A stretch of DNA of 64,000 nt, from the NCBI GenBank assembly GCA_030704615.1, contig CM060734.1, forward strand, positions 26,660,001 to 26,724,000, given 5' to 3'. The notes beneath the pieces were generated by a model that saw only the letters and a program-made list of their open reading frames with translations, was not told the DNA's origin and ran no database searches. A program made the translations under genes and the position numbers. This DNA comes from Takakia lepidozioides (lineage: Eukaryota; Plantae; Bryophyta). Positions 1 to 13,392 of this stretch are shown here, piece after piece; the first letter of the stretch is position 1; every line of letters begins with the position of its first letter.

Positions 1-1931
1 TAAACTGGGGCAAATCTATCGGCCTTCTCAGCCAGCTGCCAACAAATGCCATTCTGAAACATTGTGATCCATGGGGAGATGACTTGGGGTTAAAGTGGCT
101 TGCTGAGGGCCAAACCCACGAATCTCTGGGACATCAGATTGGGATTGACATCTCAGATGACAGCAGGGTAGAAGCTGTTCTAATTAAGCTGAAAAGAAGA
201 TTTGCATACTGGAGTTCACTTCACCTTACGGTGGTTGGGAGAGCCTTGGTGGCCAATCAAATACTGTTGGCTTCCTCTTGGTTCACCTCCTCTGTATGGT
301 CACCGGGGGCATCCTTCATCAAGAAGCTCAAATCTGTGACTCGGAATTTTATCTGGGGTGCCACGGATGCTACATCTAATAAAAGAGCACTTGTTAGTTG
401 GGCTCAGATCTGCCAGGGAAAAAAACATGGTGGTCTTGGAGTGCTTGATCCAGAGTCGCAAATAACAACATTGCTAGCTAAATGGGTGCCGAGGGTTTTC
501 ACCAACTTATCCAGTCCCTGCAGTAAATTGGTGAGGCACCATTTGATGGCAGCGGTGCCTAAAACAAGCCCGTGTTGGCCTCCATCCCTAAGATGGACTG
601 TGCAAGGAGGAAAAATGAACGCCAGACCTGCTGTTGGATCCAAAGCTTGGCAATCGATATGGATTTCCTGGTGTAGGCTCCGTGACTCCCTCTATCAGCT
701 GCAACCCACCTCCTATGAAGAAGTAATCAGACAGCCTCTTTTCGGAAACTTCAACAGGGACTCTGAGACCTTGGTGTACTGTTCTGAAAGATGGTCTCAT
801 TGGGAAGCAGCAGGTTTGTCGCACTGCTGCATTTTTGGAACCAAGATTCTGGTTTGCCTATTTCCATGGAAGAAGCAGAGCAGGGTTGTCCCAGAGAAGA
901 GTGGCTTCTGGTTGGGGCACAATTTTGGAAGACCTCCCCCCCATCTGGACTCAGTTGTTGGCAAATCGACACTTGAGATCTGTTCCTAGATGGCTGGGAT
1001 TCTCCCAGGCTTTGGAGAAATTCGCGCTATATGCCACATCCATTGATCCTAACCACATTTTTGGTACAAGATTCAGTGTGGCAAGTGATGGTCTTCTCCT
1101 TAATCCCCAGCCTTTCGAGCTTCCTGCCAGGTCGGACTGCTATGACATTAGAGTATTCTGCTCAATTTCTGGTAAAGCTGATCTCCCCCCCCCCCCGCGC
1201 TTGAGCTCCATCTTTACAGTGGCTTCTTCGTTTGGTTCCTATCGGCTCCTGTCAGTCAATTGCAGTTTGACCCAGGAGAGTGGCATTGGATGAGCAAAAA
1301 CAATGATCACTTCTTCTCTTACACGGTTAAGATAGGATATTCTCTACTGATGCCCAATCAAACCTTTGACAGGAAATGGTAACAAATGGGCTCACCTTGG
1401 CGGACAACCGATTCAATGGAAACTGGTATGGGCAGACATATGGAGAAAGCAGAGATCTTCCAAAGTGTCTGCCTTTCTTTGGAAAATCGTCAATCGTATA
1501 ATTCCAGTTGGACACTATATCTCTGACCCTCCTTTGAAATGTGCCACATGCAATAGAAATGCCCCTGAGGATCTGGAACATTGCTTAGTGTCCTGCCCAT
1601 TTGTTCAGTTTGGGCTCGTGCTATCTCCCTTTATTCTTCTTGGGACAAGGATCTCATATACCCCATTTCTGCTCTTCTTCTCAATATCAAGGATGGCAGA
1701 TCCTTCTGCTCTTGCCCTGTTTGGGTTGCTCTTAGAGGCATCACTCTCTGGCATATTTGGAAAATGAGATGCTCTACCCTCTTCCAAAATTCAATTCCCT
1801 GTTTGCAGAAACTTTTGTTCTTAGTTCACTCAGACATGTTGTCTGAGGCTCGCAAGGCATGGGATGTTTTGGTGGCAGCTCTTTCCAGGTGTAATAACAG
1901 AAGGAGAAATCAGCTCGTTGCAGCATTTTGA
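1..1931 (+). mobile_element. L1/Tx1-type LINE, 3' part of ORF2 (post-RT region and zf-RVT), frameshifted
   Basis: ORF 84-989 has KLKRRFAYWSSLHLTVVGRALVANQILL and VSWAQICQGKKHGGLGVLD. ORF 1366-1767 has WKIVNRIIPVG...CATC...EDLEHCLVSC (CCHC). ORF 1581-1931 has LWHIWKMRC. Confidence 0.85.
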
Positions 1932-2323
1932 CAGCTCGTGGGGGAGGGGAGGGTTATTCTGCACACGGATTTCAGAGTCAAGAGTTCAGTGGTTCGAAGA
2001 CCTCCCATCCTGCTGGCAGCTCCATAGGAGCCAAACGGTCCCCCCTCGAATCTGAAGAAGGAGAAGCCTCAATATTCTGCTGGAAAATCTAAAACCCATC
2101 TCATCCATGCATGACATAAGCACTCTCCAGCCTCATCATGTCCCTACCCCTGAAATAATTAACTACCACTTCTTTCACGATATCCAAGGCAACTAGTCCC
2201 GGGTAGTCTTGCTTGTTGACCTGGCTATCCCGTTCGTGGGCACGTTTTCTCTTCCTCCGACCCCCAGACGACCCCGCCCCAGAACTCGAATTCACAACCC
2301 CCGACATTGTATAAACCTTTGCC

Positions 2324-2742
2324 CACTACAGAAGAAAAAACCTCAGAAAACGGCAATGGACGTGTGTGCATGGTATCTTCGTAGTTTCTGCAAAAAAACA
2401 AGTCGGCGGAGATCTGAAAACAGCAAAATAGTGATATGATGATTGAACCGTGAACAAGGGTGTGGGACTGACCAATAAAAAATCGACCAAACCCCCCCCC
2501 AAAAAAAAATAATCACCTTTGCACCTCCCGTTGGCAGTGCCAAACAACGAAGTCCGAAAGTACTACATGATGCCAAGGAACCGCACAACGAGAGGGGCAA
2601 AAGTGATCAGAAAAGGAGGGGGAATGGTTTATATAGGCGCCTACAAACCCCCCCCCCACAGAAAAATAAATAAAAATGCATTGTGCTTGAAAAGGCGCGA
2701 CAGGCCAGTGGCGCCTCGCCACGTGTCAGCACGGCGCGACAG
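2324..2742. mobile_element. Possible CACTA transposon end (CACTACAGAAGAAAAAA) with short subterminal repeats
   Basis: CACTACA plus an A-rich run starts at 2324; GGCGCGACAGG occurs twice near 2694-2743. No matching partner end with a 3-bp TSD was found. Confidence 0.35.
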
Positions 2743-3370
2743 GCTGCACCACTCTCTCTGCCAAGCCATCGGCCTCAAGATGATCTCGAGAAGTGGTACG
2801 GTGGTCTATCAAGGTTTTATCACACAAAGCCTGAAACTCCCCCAAGAACTCTCTCCCTTGGTCCGTGAGTACCTCAGCTGGAGCACCGAATCGGCTAAGC
2901 ACACGATCCAAGAATGCATACGCAGCCCCTTAGCTAGCCTTATCAGGCAACGGAACCAACTCAATCCACTTGGAGAAGTGCTCCACCATCACCAACACAT
3001 ATCTGTGGTGGCGTATCGTCAGTGGCAATGGCCCTGCGAAGTCAAGACTCCACCTGTAGCCCAATCCCATGATGGGTAAAGGATGCAACTGTGGTGTAGG
3101 GGCGTTGAATGAATCACGCACCCTGTCACACACCATGCACCTAGCCACGAATTGTTGCACCTCTGTGTGCATACCACGCCACCAATACTGCCCTTGTAGT
3201 AGACTATGAGTGCGTCGCACTCCAAAATGCCCCAACTCCTCATGGGCATGCTGCACTAACCCTGCACGTTGTGTTGGGTGAGGCACGATCCTCACCCGAC
3301 CATCCTCCCACACTCAAAGCAGGTGTATCCCCTCCCACTTGAATCTCTTGGCTCGTTGCAGGATCCGATC
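2743..3370 (-). pseudogene. Integrase fragment (HHCC and DDE core) of the DNMT-Gypsy family; displaced right half of copy 1
   Basis: ORFs 2930-3313 and 2726-2911 (HEELGHFG, CMVC, WSLDFAGPLP, VLTDQGREF, GLAERVVQ) are nearly identical to the protein encoded around 29590-30165. Confidence 0.9.
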
Positions 3371-4095
3371 TGTCGCGCACCTCCCTTCGGTAAGCTCCCC
3401 TTCACGTCATAGTTACTCGCTTTGATGTGCGCGCCTGACTCCCAACCTGGCCGCCGGGCCAACTTGGAGCTTCCGCTGCTCACCGGGACATAACGGTCCC
3501 CCTTCGCTTCCCACTAAACCCTCCACCTATTTGGGACTAGTGGAATTCCGTTTGGTAGATGGCAGTCCAGAACAGCTCCCCACTCTTTGGTCGCTTTCCG
3601 GCTCGCTCGCTTACTCACTAGTTTTGGGTCACCAACGGGCTTGCACCGTTCTCGGGGTTACTACTCCCTATATATACTTCTGTAGCTGTCCGCGGGGGTT
3701 TCATAACCAGCCATGCCATTTTATGGCGAACCACCACGAAAACCCTTGATTCCCGGTGATGAGTCGCGGTGAGTCTTGGCCCACTCACCACGGCCCCTAT
3801 GGACCGTGATGAGTCCCAAGACTCCCCACGACTCCCACCACGAGGTCTCCGCCCCCATGGTGAGTCCTATGCCACCCCCACTAAGTCCCGCTAAGCTACC
3901 ACCACCCCTTGTGGAGCCACCCCCACCGCAACCCGGTGTGCGGGGCTCCACCTAGTGAGCGCCTCCGCCTCCTTGAGTGCCTTGGGGACTCAAGGGTGCT
4001 TCAGCCCCCCATACCTACCGCTGTCGCTGCCCCCACCACAGGGGCAGCCTCTCATGTGTCCCGACCCCCTGCCCTCAAGGCAAAGGGCCGCGACA
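3371..4095 (-). repeat. 3' LTR (725 bp) of the Galadriel-like element
   Basis: Bounded by TGTCGCG...CGCGACA. Homologous to 23970-24419 and 52852-53706. A purine-rich GGTAGGGGTGTG (minus strand, 4096-4107) precedes it. Confidence 0.9.
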
Positions 4096-4998
4096 CACAC
4101 CCCTACCAACAGGGAGTCGATGTCCTCATCGACTTGTCCATTTTGTAGAAACGAACATCCAAGTTGTGGCGTCCCACATCAAGGAGTTTGTTTCCGCACC
4201 ATGGCGTCCCATGGCAAAGAACCAAACCCACACTTGACTCTACTCTCCACTAGCTAGTTCGGCCGACTTCCTCCAAGTCCCGGCCAAGGGTGGAGCCTCT
4301 CAAGCTCCTCCCAGTGTACTCTTCTTGGCCTACTTCAAGGCCAAGAAACGATCCTCCCCGAGGATCGAATCGCCTTACTGCAACAACATTGCTTGCGACC
4401 GCTCATGATGCCGCTTTTGGCATCACCTTGAGCAAGGGTTCACCTGGAACCCTCTTTGACTAGGAAGATAACCTTGAACCAACCGTGCACCCCAATCACC
4501 ACAATTGGGTCCGCCTTGGAATGCTGGCCTGAGGTACGGGAACACGCCGAAGCCGCACTACGACTTCGTCCCGAGGCTACACGATTATAGTACGTGAACG
4601 GAAGCACGTGGCTTCCGCGTTAGCCCGCACTACAAGGCAACCCTCTCGGTAGCGCAGTTATAGTACGCGCACGCGCCAGGTGCGCACTAGCACGTGAACT
4701 CCCAAAGAAGGCACAAGTTTCCTTGCCCCTTGGATGGGAGTCACCCGATTTCGGCACTACGCAAACACACGGTTAACCCAATTTACCTCTCCCACTTTTA
4801 TAAGCTGGCATGCATTCTACACACTAGCCAACCATATCATGCATCAACATTCCAAACAAAATAGGACGCACAATATTTGGAAGCCATTTCATTTATAGCA
4901 CGTTTTGTACAATACAAGTTTTGCAATCGGATTCCTAAACTAGCTAAGCCGGGCTAAGCATGCATTTCCTCCCCCTTGCTCCAAGGTTGATGTCCCCA

Positions 4999-6511
4999 TC
5001 AACGCTTCTTCTGCTTTTGAGGTCGCCCTTCAAAAACTGCAACCGCCTCGGATGCGTTTCCCATTTCTGAGGCACGCACCCAAGATGCCTCCACCTGATG
5101 ATAGCCTTTCCATTTGACGAGATACTCCGTTTCTCGGTTCTTGAACCTCCTCGACTTAAGTATTGCCTCCACCTCGTACTCAGGTTCATTTTCATGATCC
5201 AACAGCATAGGTGGCGGACGCAACACTTGATGCCGATTCGGACGCACTTCGTCTTTGAAGTAAGGCTTAAAAAGAGAGACATGGAATACTGGGTGCACCT
5301 TGCTGTTTGCCGGCAGCTCCAATTCATACACATCCTCATTCATGACCTTCCGAATGCGAAAGGGTCCCGCATATGGAGGTACGAACTTCGGACTCACTTC
5401 CGGAGGTAGTTGGAAATTCTTGATGTTCAACCAGACCTCCGTACCTGCCTCAAACTTCACTTCCCTCCGCTTCCGATTCGCCTGCCTTTCATACCGTTTC
5501 CTAGCTTTGGCAATGTTGTACTTTGCGAGCTTCAACAAACGCTTGCGTTCTTCTAGTACCTCCGCTACTGCCGGTTCCTCAACGTCCTGGGCGGCCCAAC
5601 TTGTCGGCACCAGAGGTGCTTTTCCATAGACCAATACGAAAGGGGAAACTCCCGTTGCGAAGTGTTTTGTGTTATTATAACAGAACTCTGCCGCGTCTAA
5701 GTGTTCCACCCAGTCTGTTTGGTCTGCCGACACGTAATTCCGCAAGATCTGCTTCACTACGGAATTCACTCTTTCTGTTTGGCCGTCGGTCGTAGGTCGG
5801 AAGGCGGTGCTCATCTTCAGCCTCGTCCCATCTTCTTCCAAAGTGCCCTCCAAAATTTACTCGTAAACTTTGGATCGCGGTCCGAGACAATATCCTTCGG
5901 GACTCCATGATGCTTTAAGACGTGGGCGAAGTAAAGTCGCCCTGTCTCTTGCGCCGTTGCCGTCTCCTTGGTGGGGATGAAATGGCCCATTTTACTGAAC
6001 CTATCCACCACCACCATGATTGCATCGAATCCTTTTGACAGCGGCATAGCAGTCATGAAATCCATCGAGACGCTTTCCCAAGTCCCCTCTGGAATCGGCA
6101 AGGGTTGTAACAGCCCCGCTTGCTTTTTGTACTCGCTCCGGTTTGTTGGCATGTGGTGCATGTCTTGACATACTCCTCTGCCTCCTCCCTCAGTTTGGGC
6201 CAGAAATACTCTTTCTTTAAGAGTGCCGCAGTGCGTTTCGCTCCGCCATGGCCCGCAAGCGGACTATCATGACATTCTCTCAAGAGGCTATCTCTGATCC
6301 CTCCCTTCGGCACGTAGAGACGCTTTTGCTTATACCGGAGCAGTCCATTTTGCAAGTGGAACTGCGATTTAACCCCCATCCTCAAGTCCTGCATCACGGA
6401 CTTCGCCAGCTCATCCTTCCGGCAAGCCTTCCGGATCTTCCTTTGGAGCGCCGTCTCGCCCTTGTACACCAACAAGAGCTGCTGCTTTCTACTTAAAGCA
6501 TCGGCCACCAC
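4999..6511 (-). pseudogene. Chromovirus integrase with GPY/F module and type I chromodomain (frameshifted)
   Basis: Three overlapping ORFs (6053-6511, 5817-6161, 4999-5853) carry successive integrase motifs; chromodomain aromatic cage residues are present. Confidence 0.9.
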
Positions 6512-6947
6512 GTTCTCTCGTCCCGGTTTGTACTAGATATCCACGTCGAACACCGTCAAAGTATCTTGCCACCTAAGTTGTTTTGGAACATAGTGGCGCC
6601 AAAGCTCAAGACAGTGCACCACCGCCTTCATCTCTTTCTCGTGCGTAGGCCACCGTCGCTCCACTTCATTCAGTTTCTTACTTTCGTAAGCTACTGGACG
6701 TCCATCTTGCATAAGTACACCCCCAATCGCGAAGTCCGATGCATCTGTATGAATCTCAAACGGACGATCGAACTCGGGGATTTTCAAGACTGGAGCTTCC
6801 GCCATCCGTTGCTTCAATTCAGCAAAAGCTTGGCCACAAAAAGTGTTCCATGCCCAGACTTTGGATTTACACAGAAGGTCGGACAGCGGCCCCGCGATCT
6901 TGGCGAAATTTCTCACATACTTCCGGTAATAGGGGGCGAGTCCTAGG

Positions 6948-7598
6948 ACCCAAGTCCAGTTCTCAGCTTTGCCACCAAAGCCACTATAACCTGCTTTTGA
7001 CTGGTCATCTTCCCAATCGTGCTTGCTCATGCATGTACACAATGTGAAACCATCAAGGTGCTCTGGAATTACCTGCAGTATGGTACTTTCATCTCTGAAG
7101 CTAAAGATTGAATGCCAAGGTCTACCACCTCGTAACCCACATCGCCTCCGCTTCTAACAACCAAGAGCTCCACGGTGCTCCTTGCATAACAACCTGGTTT
7201 ATCTCATTCTCAAGCAAAAACCACAAGTGCTACAACTAACTCGTATCTGGCACTCACAGATACGAGCTCATCTTTCTCGAGTGATAAAGAAGAAGAATAC
7301 AAGCACAAGCTCATGCGAGCTCACAAAGCTGAAGCATAAACTCATGTATATATAAACTCATCACTCAAATACAAGTCAAACCAAGTGCACCCCACGCCAT
7401 GGGGAATCCACACTACGGCGCCATAGCTAGGCGCGGTTCGAGAAAAATAAGCCTCCCGCGCTTGTCGTGAAGATAACCACTCCAGGGCCTAAATCTGCCT
7501 TGATCCCTGGATTGACACTTGGGCCAATCCCAAATGTCAATATGTAACAGCTAGCTATTTTCTAGCTAGTTTCACACTAGTGGTAAAATAACTTCACA
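6948..7598 (-). repeat. LTR-like segment plus leader of the DNMT-Gypsy family; probable displaced 5' LTR of copy 2
   Basis: Reverse complement starts TGTGAAGTTATTTTACCACTAG; it matches 31354-31678 closely and 16656-17035 less closely. Confidence 0.75.
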
Positions 7599-7646
7599 CC
7601 CTCTTTTAACTTTTTTTGCCCCCACTCTCCCTCTTTGTTTTTTTTG

Positions 7647-7677
<31 letters not shown>

Positions 7678-8321
7678 GGTGAGCAGCACAAAAGAGAGGG
7701 AGAGAGAGGGAGAAGGGGAAAAATAAATAAATAAATAAATAAATAAAAGGGGGGGGGGGAACTGAGCAGCAGCAGCTCCACCTCATTTTTTTTCCTTTGT
7801 TGCCCCCTCTCTCCCTCTCTCTCCCTCTCTTTTGTCTCTATCCCTCTCCCTCTCTCTTTTTAACTTTTTTTGCCCCCTCTCTCCCTCTCTGGTATGTTTT
7901 TTTTTGTGAGCAGCACAAAAGAGAGGGAGAGAGAGGGAAACCAGAAAAAAAAAAAAAAAAAAACCAGCAGCTGTTCAGTCACTCTCCCCCCTCCCCTTTT
8001 TTTTTTCCTTTGTTGCCTGATCTCTCCCTCTCTCTCCTTCTCTCCTTATACCTGTTTGGGATTTTAACCTTTTTCCCAGTACTATACCTAGTGGGGAATT
8101 TTTATAATCCCTAATGGATCTAGTAGGGTTTCATCCGTAGTGGATGGAAACCTTAAGAAAAAAATTTGGATGGATGACTAATGGACAGCCGAGTATTTTT
8201 CGTATAACTACGTAAAACCTGATGACTGGTTCGATTATTCATCCATGACGGATGTCATCCATACTAGATGACATTTTGGAAACTGACGGAAGTCATCCCT
8301 TCTGGATGAAAAACTGTAGTG
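7599..8321. mobile_element. CT/GA-rich repeat with microsatellites, ending in a CACTA-like terminus (…CTGTAGTG at 8321)
   Basis: (TTTTG)n and (TAAA)n runs. The GA-rich unit recurs inverted at 36725-36850. GGATGA/TCATCC motifs repeat over 8110-8310. The end reads CACTACAG on the minus strand. Confidence 0.5.
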
Positions 8322-10751
8322 CTAATGTAGAGCGACTCAATGCTGACAATTTTGTGAATCACCTGGCAAAAGCACACAGTAAAGACGATAAACTATATGT
8401 AATTCAATTATAAATGATAGCATTGTGGTATAAACGACTAATGCACAACTGTACACAATGCAAGAAACAGATATTAAAGAAAAACTGTTACTGTGCAGAG
8501 CAGGTTGCCCATGGACTTTTCACAACCATGTTCAACTCCAGCCTGTGGACATGCTCCCAAATGTTGCTGACGTGTGGCTTCTCAGCCAGCAGCACTAATG
8601 CCTGCACCCACCTTAAAGAAGGTCAGCTACATGAGTCATTACAGCACTCATGTACTACGTACGTGTGTGTTTATTTGTCCTTGGCCATGACAGTGGCTTC
8701 TATTCAGTTGCCAACTTGGTTGTGTTAGAGCTTTGGTGGACTAGCAAAACATGAACATTGTACAAACTGCCATTATGTACCGAGCATGAGAAAATGACAC
8801 ATCTTACAGCTTCTGGAAGGGAAACAATAGCCTTCATGCAAGACATGCACGTTTGCCTCCACTCGAACTCCTGATTGAGATAAGATGTGCAACCAAGTCT
8901 CCATTATTGGAACAAAGTCTGTTGCTGGAAAGACATGTGATCCCTCTTACTGCAGCTACAATCATTTTTTGCTCTCTTTACAGAAGTTACCTACATCAGA
9001 AGGAAACCTCTGGCTAAGAGGTTGCATTGAAAGAGTTGTGTTTGATTGACCAACGGACCTCTCCAAGAGTCTTAGTGTTTGCAAGTTTCCTACAAAAAAA
9101 ACTCCAAAACAGTCTACAATGCCGGAATCCGCATACGTGGATTTTGTGGTCGCAAGAGTGTACATAGGTCTCCAACTGAGATTCAGTTGTGAAATTCCCA
9201 GGAGCTGGAAACAGGAGAGAAAAATCTAAGAGAGACCAAGGAAATTCCCCCCATGACAAGACAAAATATGCGGCCTCATCAAAAGTTGTTGATAAGTTCG
9301 CTCAAAGTTAAATATGTCCTAGTGCAAGGCTGGCGGGCCCGCCACCGTCATTACTCAAGCTACAAGCTATGGAAGCTGCCCGCTGCATCAGCCCATTCCT
9401 GCTCTCCGCATCACACAGACTAAACTATTGCACCACGACCCACCTCAAATATGTGCCAAAACGTGAGAATAGGGGGGCCAATATCCCGAGCCGCCAACTT
9501 TGCATCATCATGCGATGATCTCTCGGGTGTCCACCACCTGCTGGGAAGACCTACTATTATTCTAACCTCAAGATGTAATTCCTACGCATAAGTAAATCTT
9601 GGTTCAAAAGAGAATCCCATCAAGTGAAAATTGCTTGGCAAGCGATGCCACAAGGTCCTGGAAAGATCGAGCAAAAGTGTGTGCGGGCTCAAATGGGTCG
9701 TTAGACAAACCAGATCACTAAGGCCCACACAGACAAACGGCGTGAAAGGTGACAAATGCTCCAAAAATTCAACGCACAACATACCGGCAGTTTGTGAACC
9801 TTTATCCACTCCATTGTCGCAAGCTCCAGCTCCCATATCCGGATGCTCTCAGTCTTGGGGAGCGTCAGCACTGAGCCGCTGTGCCTTTCTCTCTGCCCCG
9901 ACCTTCCCTATGCCAAGTTCCCACGACCACAGAAGACAGTGGGAGCGTGGAATTCCAGGAGCCGGGAGGTGGAATCCATCTACTTTCATCCAGATAGTTT
10001 GAAATTACCCCAAAACGGACCTCCATCTGTACAGTTGGTAACCCCCTATTGTAACCAAAATTCCCATAAGTTTATCCCGGCCCACGGCCCGAGAGGATCC
10101 GCATTATGCGTGTCGGAGATCCCTCCTGCGGCCCCGTTCAGCAAGAAGTGGGGGGTTAGTTGGCCGATTCCAGCTCGTAACCCCCACTGCGGCCAGGCCC
10201 TTAAGCACCCTGTTTACTCTCTCTAACTTCCGGTCAGGAATTACTCAGTGAAAATGGAAATTCGGTTGATGTACTTTGATTACGTAAATAGTTAGAAAGT
10301 CGCATTACGAATTACTACCTCCTAAAGTTAATTATGCCCGTAATAGAAGTATTTTCAAAATTTGAGTTCAAACCATCCCAAATCGTGGGTTCGAATCTCA
10401 ACCGTCCAACATCAAAGGATCGACGGTTCTCCAGACCTTATGCCAGCCTGTCACAGATGGGTTAATTAAGGATATATTTTAAAAGAGCGTATTAATCACT
10501 AAACGGGTCTAGATTTCATCGACGTAACGGGGTGGCTAACAAACACACTAATCAACTCGCTAACAAGGGGGTGTACCAACGGGGGCACTAAATGGGGTGG
10601 CAAAGTGACGTTGCGGAGAAACGGGCGCGGATTAGTGAGGGACAGGTGAAGTTACTAGTAACTTACTAACGACTGTGGGCGGGTAGAAGAGAGGAGAGGA
10701 GAGGGAGGGCTCTGCCCGCCGGCATCTCCCTTGTGAGGGTGGGGGCCGGCT

Positions 10752-13153
10752 ATGGCCTCGCCCTCCCCGGAGCCCAGCCCTGAGCGTGCGCAAACGAGAG
10801 AGAGAAGTGCGGGAGAGGGAGGATGTGTTGATGGGCAGTTGGCTCCATTCATACAAGGAGAGGGGAAGGGAAGTAGTACGCTGCGGGAGAACGATGCGGC
10901 GCTGTCGCTGATAGAGAAGCTGGATGAAGGGTGGTTCTGGGACAATGTGGTGAGGTTTCCGTGCCAGAGGCCACGCTCCCCCCCGCTTGCTGTTGATGCC
11001 TGCCTCTCGCCATTTCGAAGCATCGAAATGGTGCACCCGCTGAGTGGTGGTGCTTCGGGCCCCGGGGTGATGGTGGCGGGGGAGAGAGACAACCAGCTTC
11101 CTCGCCCTCGATTCGAGCGAAGGCGGCTTTCGGAAGAAGGGGCGGTGCCCCGGTGGCGGCTCCAGGAGGGGGAAGCGCAGCTGCGGTTCTCGGAGATACT
11201 GCGGATTGAGCATCCTTCTTCGGCCGCGAGCGAGTTTTCTTCTCCCAGATCGCTAGTCAGCAATGGAGAGACCACAGACGACGACTTGGTGGTGCAAGCA
11301 GGCCGCCTCACTGACGTAAGAGAAGACGAGGAACTTGAAAACGATGTATTTTGTGTGAAGGTGAGAGCATTCAACTACTTCGCGGAAGGGAAGGCCCGAC
11401 ACGAAGGGCCTTCCCCTACACTTAATTAACCTGGCCTTGTTGCGAGAAGCTGGAACTGGAGGAGTGCTATTGTTCTGTCTAAATAACTGCGTGACAGAGA
11501 CTTTTGTGTTGGCGTCTTACCGAAGTCTGTTGGACAGTTGTAGTGACAGTCAAGCTCAAGGGAACAGACGTATTGTAGTTGACACAGAGGAATGGAGGGA
11601 TGGAAGGCCCTGAGGGCGCTGGAATTGCTTGCCTTCTAGTCCGTTGCCATCGTCCTCTCTCTCTGCGTAGAAATTGCTAAACCTAGTAGATTGTTTGTGC
11701 TCAGCTTATTGCTGGGCTTCATCGTCTTTTCCAGCTTACTGTCGGTGGTCAGGAAATGACCATGAAGCTCTCCTTTGTCATTAATGTCTCCCCTGAATTC
11801 ATCTGGACTCAAAGGCATGTCTGGAAGCACCAAGTGCGTTTTTTGGTTAACATCTTCACAGGCTAAAAGTGGACAAGATGTCTGCTCTGCTCGGTGACTG
11901 GCCTGGCTGAAAGCATGTAGACAATGTTCGCAGTGGGAAACTTGCAGGACTTTCTTTAGCAAATCACTGAGAAAACTGGAGTCAGCTTGGCCAAGTTTGA
12001 GAGTCTGGGCTAGTGTAGTGAGGGTATGACCCTTACCTTTCTGAAGCCTGGTTGAGACCCCCTGATCTCACTTTTTCTAAGAATGGTGCAGCTTGGAACT
12101 GGTTTTGAATCTGATTGGGAATGCACAATTTAAGAAGTTTGACTGCCCTCTTGAATCCCATCTTCAGTTTATCTCAGTTTTTTGAACTCCTCATGGGAAT
12201 CTGGTATGTCAGAACCCATGGTAAATGGATGAAGAAACCAAAGATCGCCTCTCACATACTCCCATTCATAACCTCAAATTGTGATGCACACTGCAGATAG
12301 AATGTAGATTTAGTCCCCGCAGCTTGTTTTGGCACTTCGTTAATGGAGCGTCGCAATGTGTACTAACCACTGGTCCATCCATCGGAAAATGCACTGGCAG
12401 GCAGGTATCCCATATGATTGAGAGCATCATGAGCCTGCAATATATGTAAGTGTGTTATATTCAATGACACCAACTACACTGACCTCTTCATTCATTTAAT
12501 AGAAGAAGACTCTTGCTGAAGCAACTGCAACTTATGGTGTCACGTCACCTTCTCCTGAAAGACATTGAAGGTAACCATTCTGGGGTCAGGTATCTGTTGG
12601 CTCAGTTGCTACTATATTGCTGGCCTCATTGGTTTTGCAGAAATGCCTTACATGTGTTGGTGCTAACATCTACATTGTTGTGTCCATGGAACAGATTCAA
12701 CCACTAACTGTCAATAGGCCATCCAAACTGGGAATTGTAGACTCTAGGATGCAGTTACGAGTGCCGTTTGGTGAAAGCAAGACCGAGATCCAACCCACAA
12801 GGAGGAGAAGATTGAAGGGCACCAAGAGCCTCACTGATCTGGAGTATGATGAGTTGAGGGGATGTATGGACTTGGGTTTCCGTGTCAGCAAGGATGACTT
12901 AACCCCACAGGTGAATAGCATGCTCCCAAGATTGAAGCGTTATAGCTCAGAAGATGGTGCCCTGAAGAATTACGGAGAGAATTCACCTCGCCCAAGGGTT
13001 CATTCCCCTAGGCCAGGAATGTGGATTCGGCGACCTGACTCTCCCCTCCTGAACTGGCAGATGCCTGCCCCAAATGAGCAGGGTGTAGATATGAAGTCCC
13101 ATTTAAAATTCTGGGCTCAAGCAGTGGCTTTAACAGTGCGTGCAGGATGCTAA
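10752..13153 (+). CDS. DUF1685-family plant protein; predicted exons 10752-11360 and 12695-13153
   Basis: N-terminal KLDEGWFWDNV; C-terminal KSLTDLEYDELRGCMDLGF and NWQMPAP...DMKSHLKFWAQAVA. Donor AAG|GTGAGA at 11361, branch TGCTAAC at 12661, acceptor CAG| at 12694, phase-0 in-frame join. Extra small exons are not excluded. Confidence 0.85.
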
Positions 13154-13184
13154 ACACTCGACAGTTGTTGAGTAGGTGGATAAA

Positions 13185-13392
13185 TAAGAGAAGGGGAAGT
13201 CTTCGGAAGCTGAGTAGTTAGGAACGGCAGCAGCAGGTGCCATTTGAGGTGGATTAGATTGGGCAGGCAGGCAGTTTGCTAGTGGATATGTAAGAGAAGG
13301 GGACGTCTTTGGAAGCTGAGTAGTTAGGAACGGCAGCAGCAGGTGCCATTTAAGGTGGATTAGATTGGGCAGGCAGGCAGTTTGCTAGTGGA
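13185..13392. repeat. Direct tandem duplication (period 106 bp) just downstream of the DUF1685 stop codon
   Basis: 13185-13286 and 13291-13392 are near-identical. Confidence 0.95.

Larger units (their letters stand above)
3371..6947 (-). mobile_element. Chromovirus (Galadriel-like Ty3/Gypsy), 3' half: RNase H, integrase, chromodomain, PPT, 3' LTR
   Basis: HTDASDFAIG, EKEMKAVVHCLELWRHY, HDSPLAGHGG, SMDFMT, VSDRD, TDGQTERVN, YAGPF, and chromodomain YEVEAIL...YLVKWKGY...ASW. Several frameshifts. Confidence 0.9.

Noticed and set aside
3531-4257. Recurrent short ORFs (e.g. MEPRTPGCGGGG, also at 24114 and 53100) as a gene family
   Set aside because: They recur only because they lie in copies of the same GC-rich LTR.
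2324-8321. A single CACTA element bounded by CACTACAG...CTGTAGTG
   Set aside because: Flanking triplets differ (GCC vs CTA), subterminal repeats differ, and the interval contains an inversion breakpoint.
12503-12570. Extra middle exon of DUF1685
   Set aside because: Plausible AG/GT ends, but the 68-nt length breaks the frame and the phase-0 reading hits a stop; needs RNA evidence.
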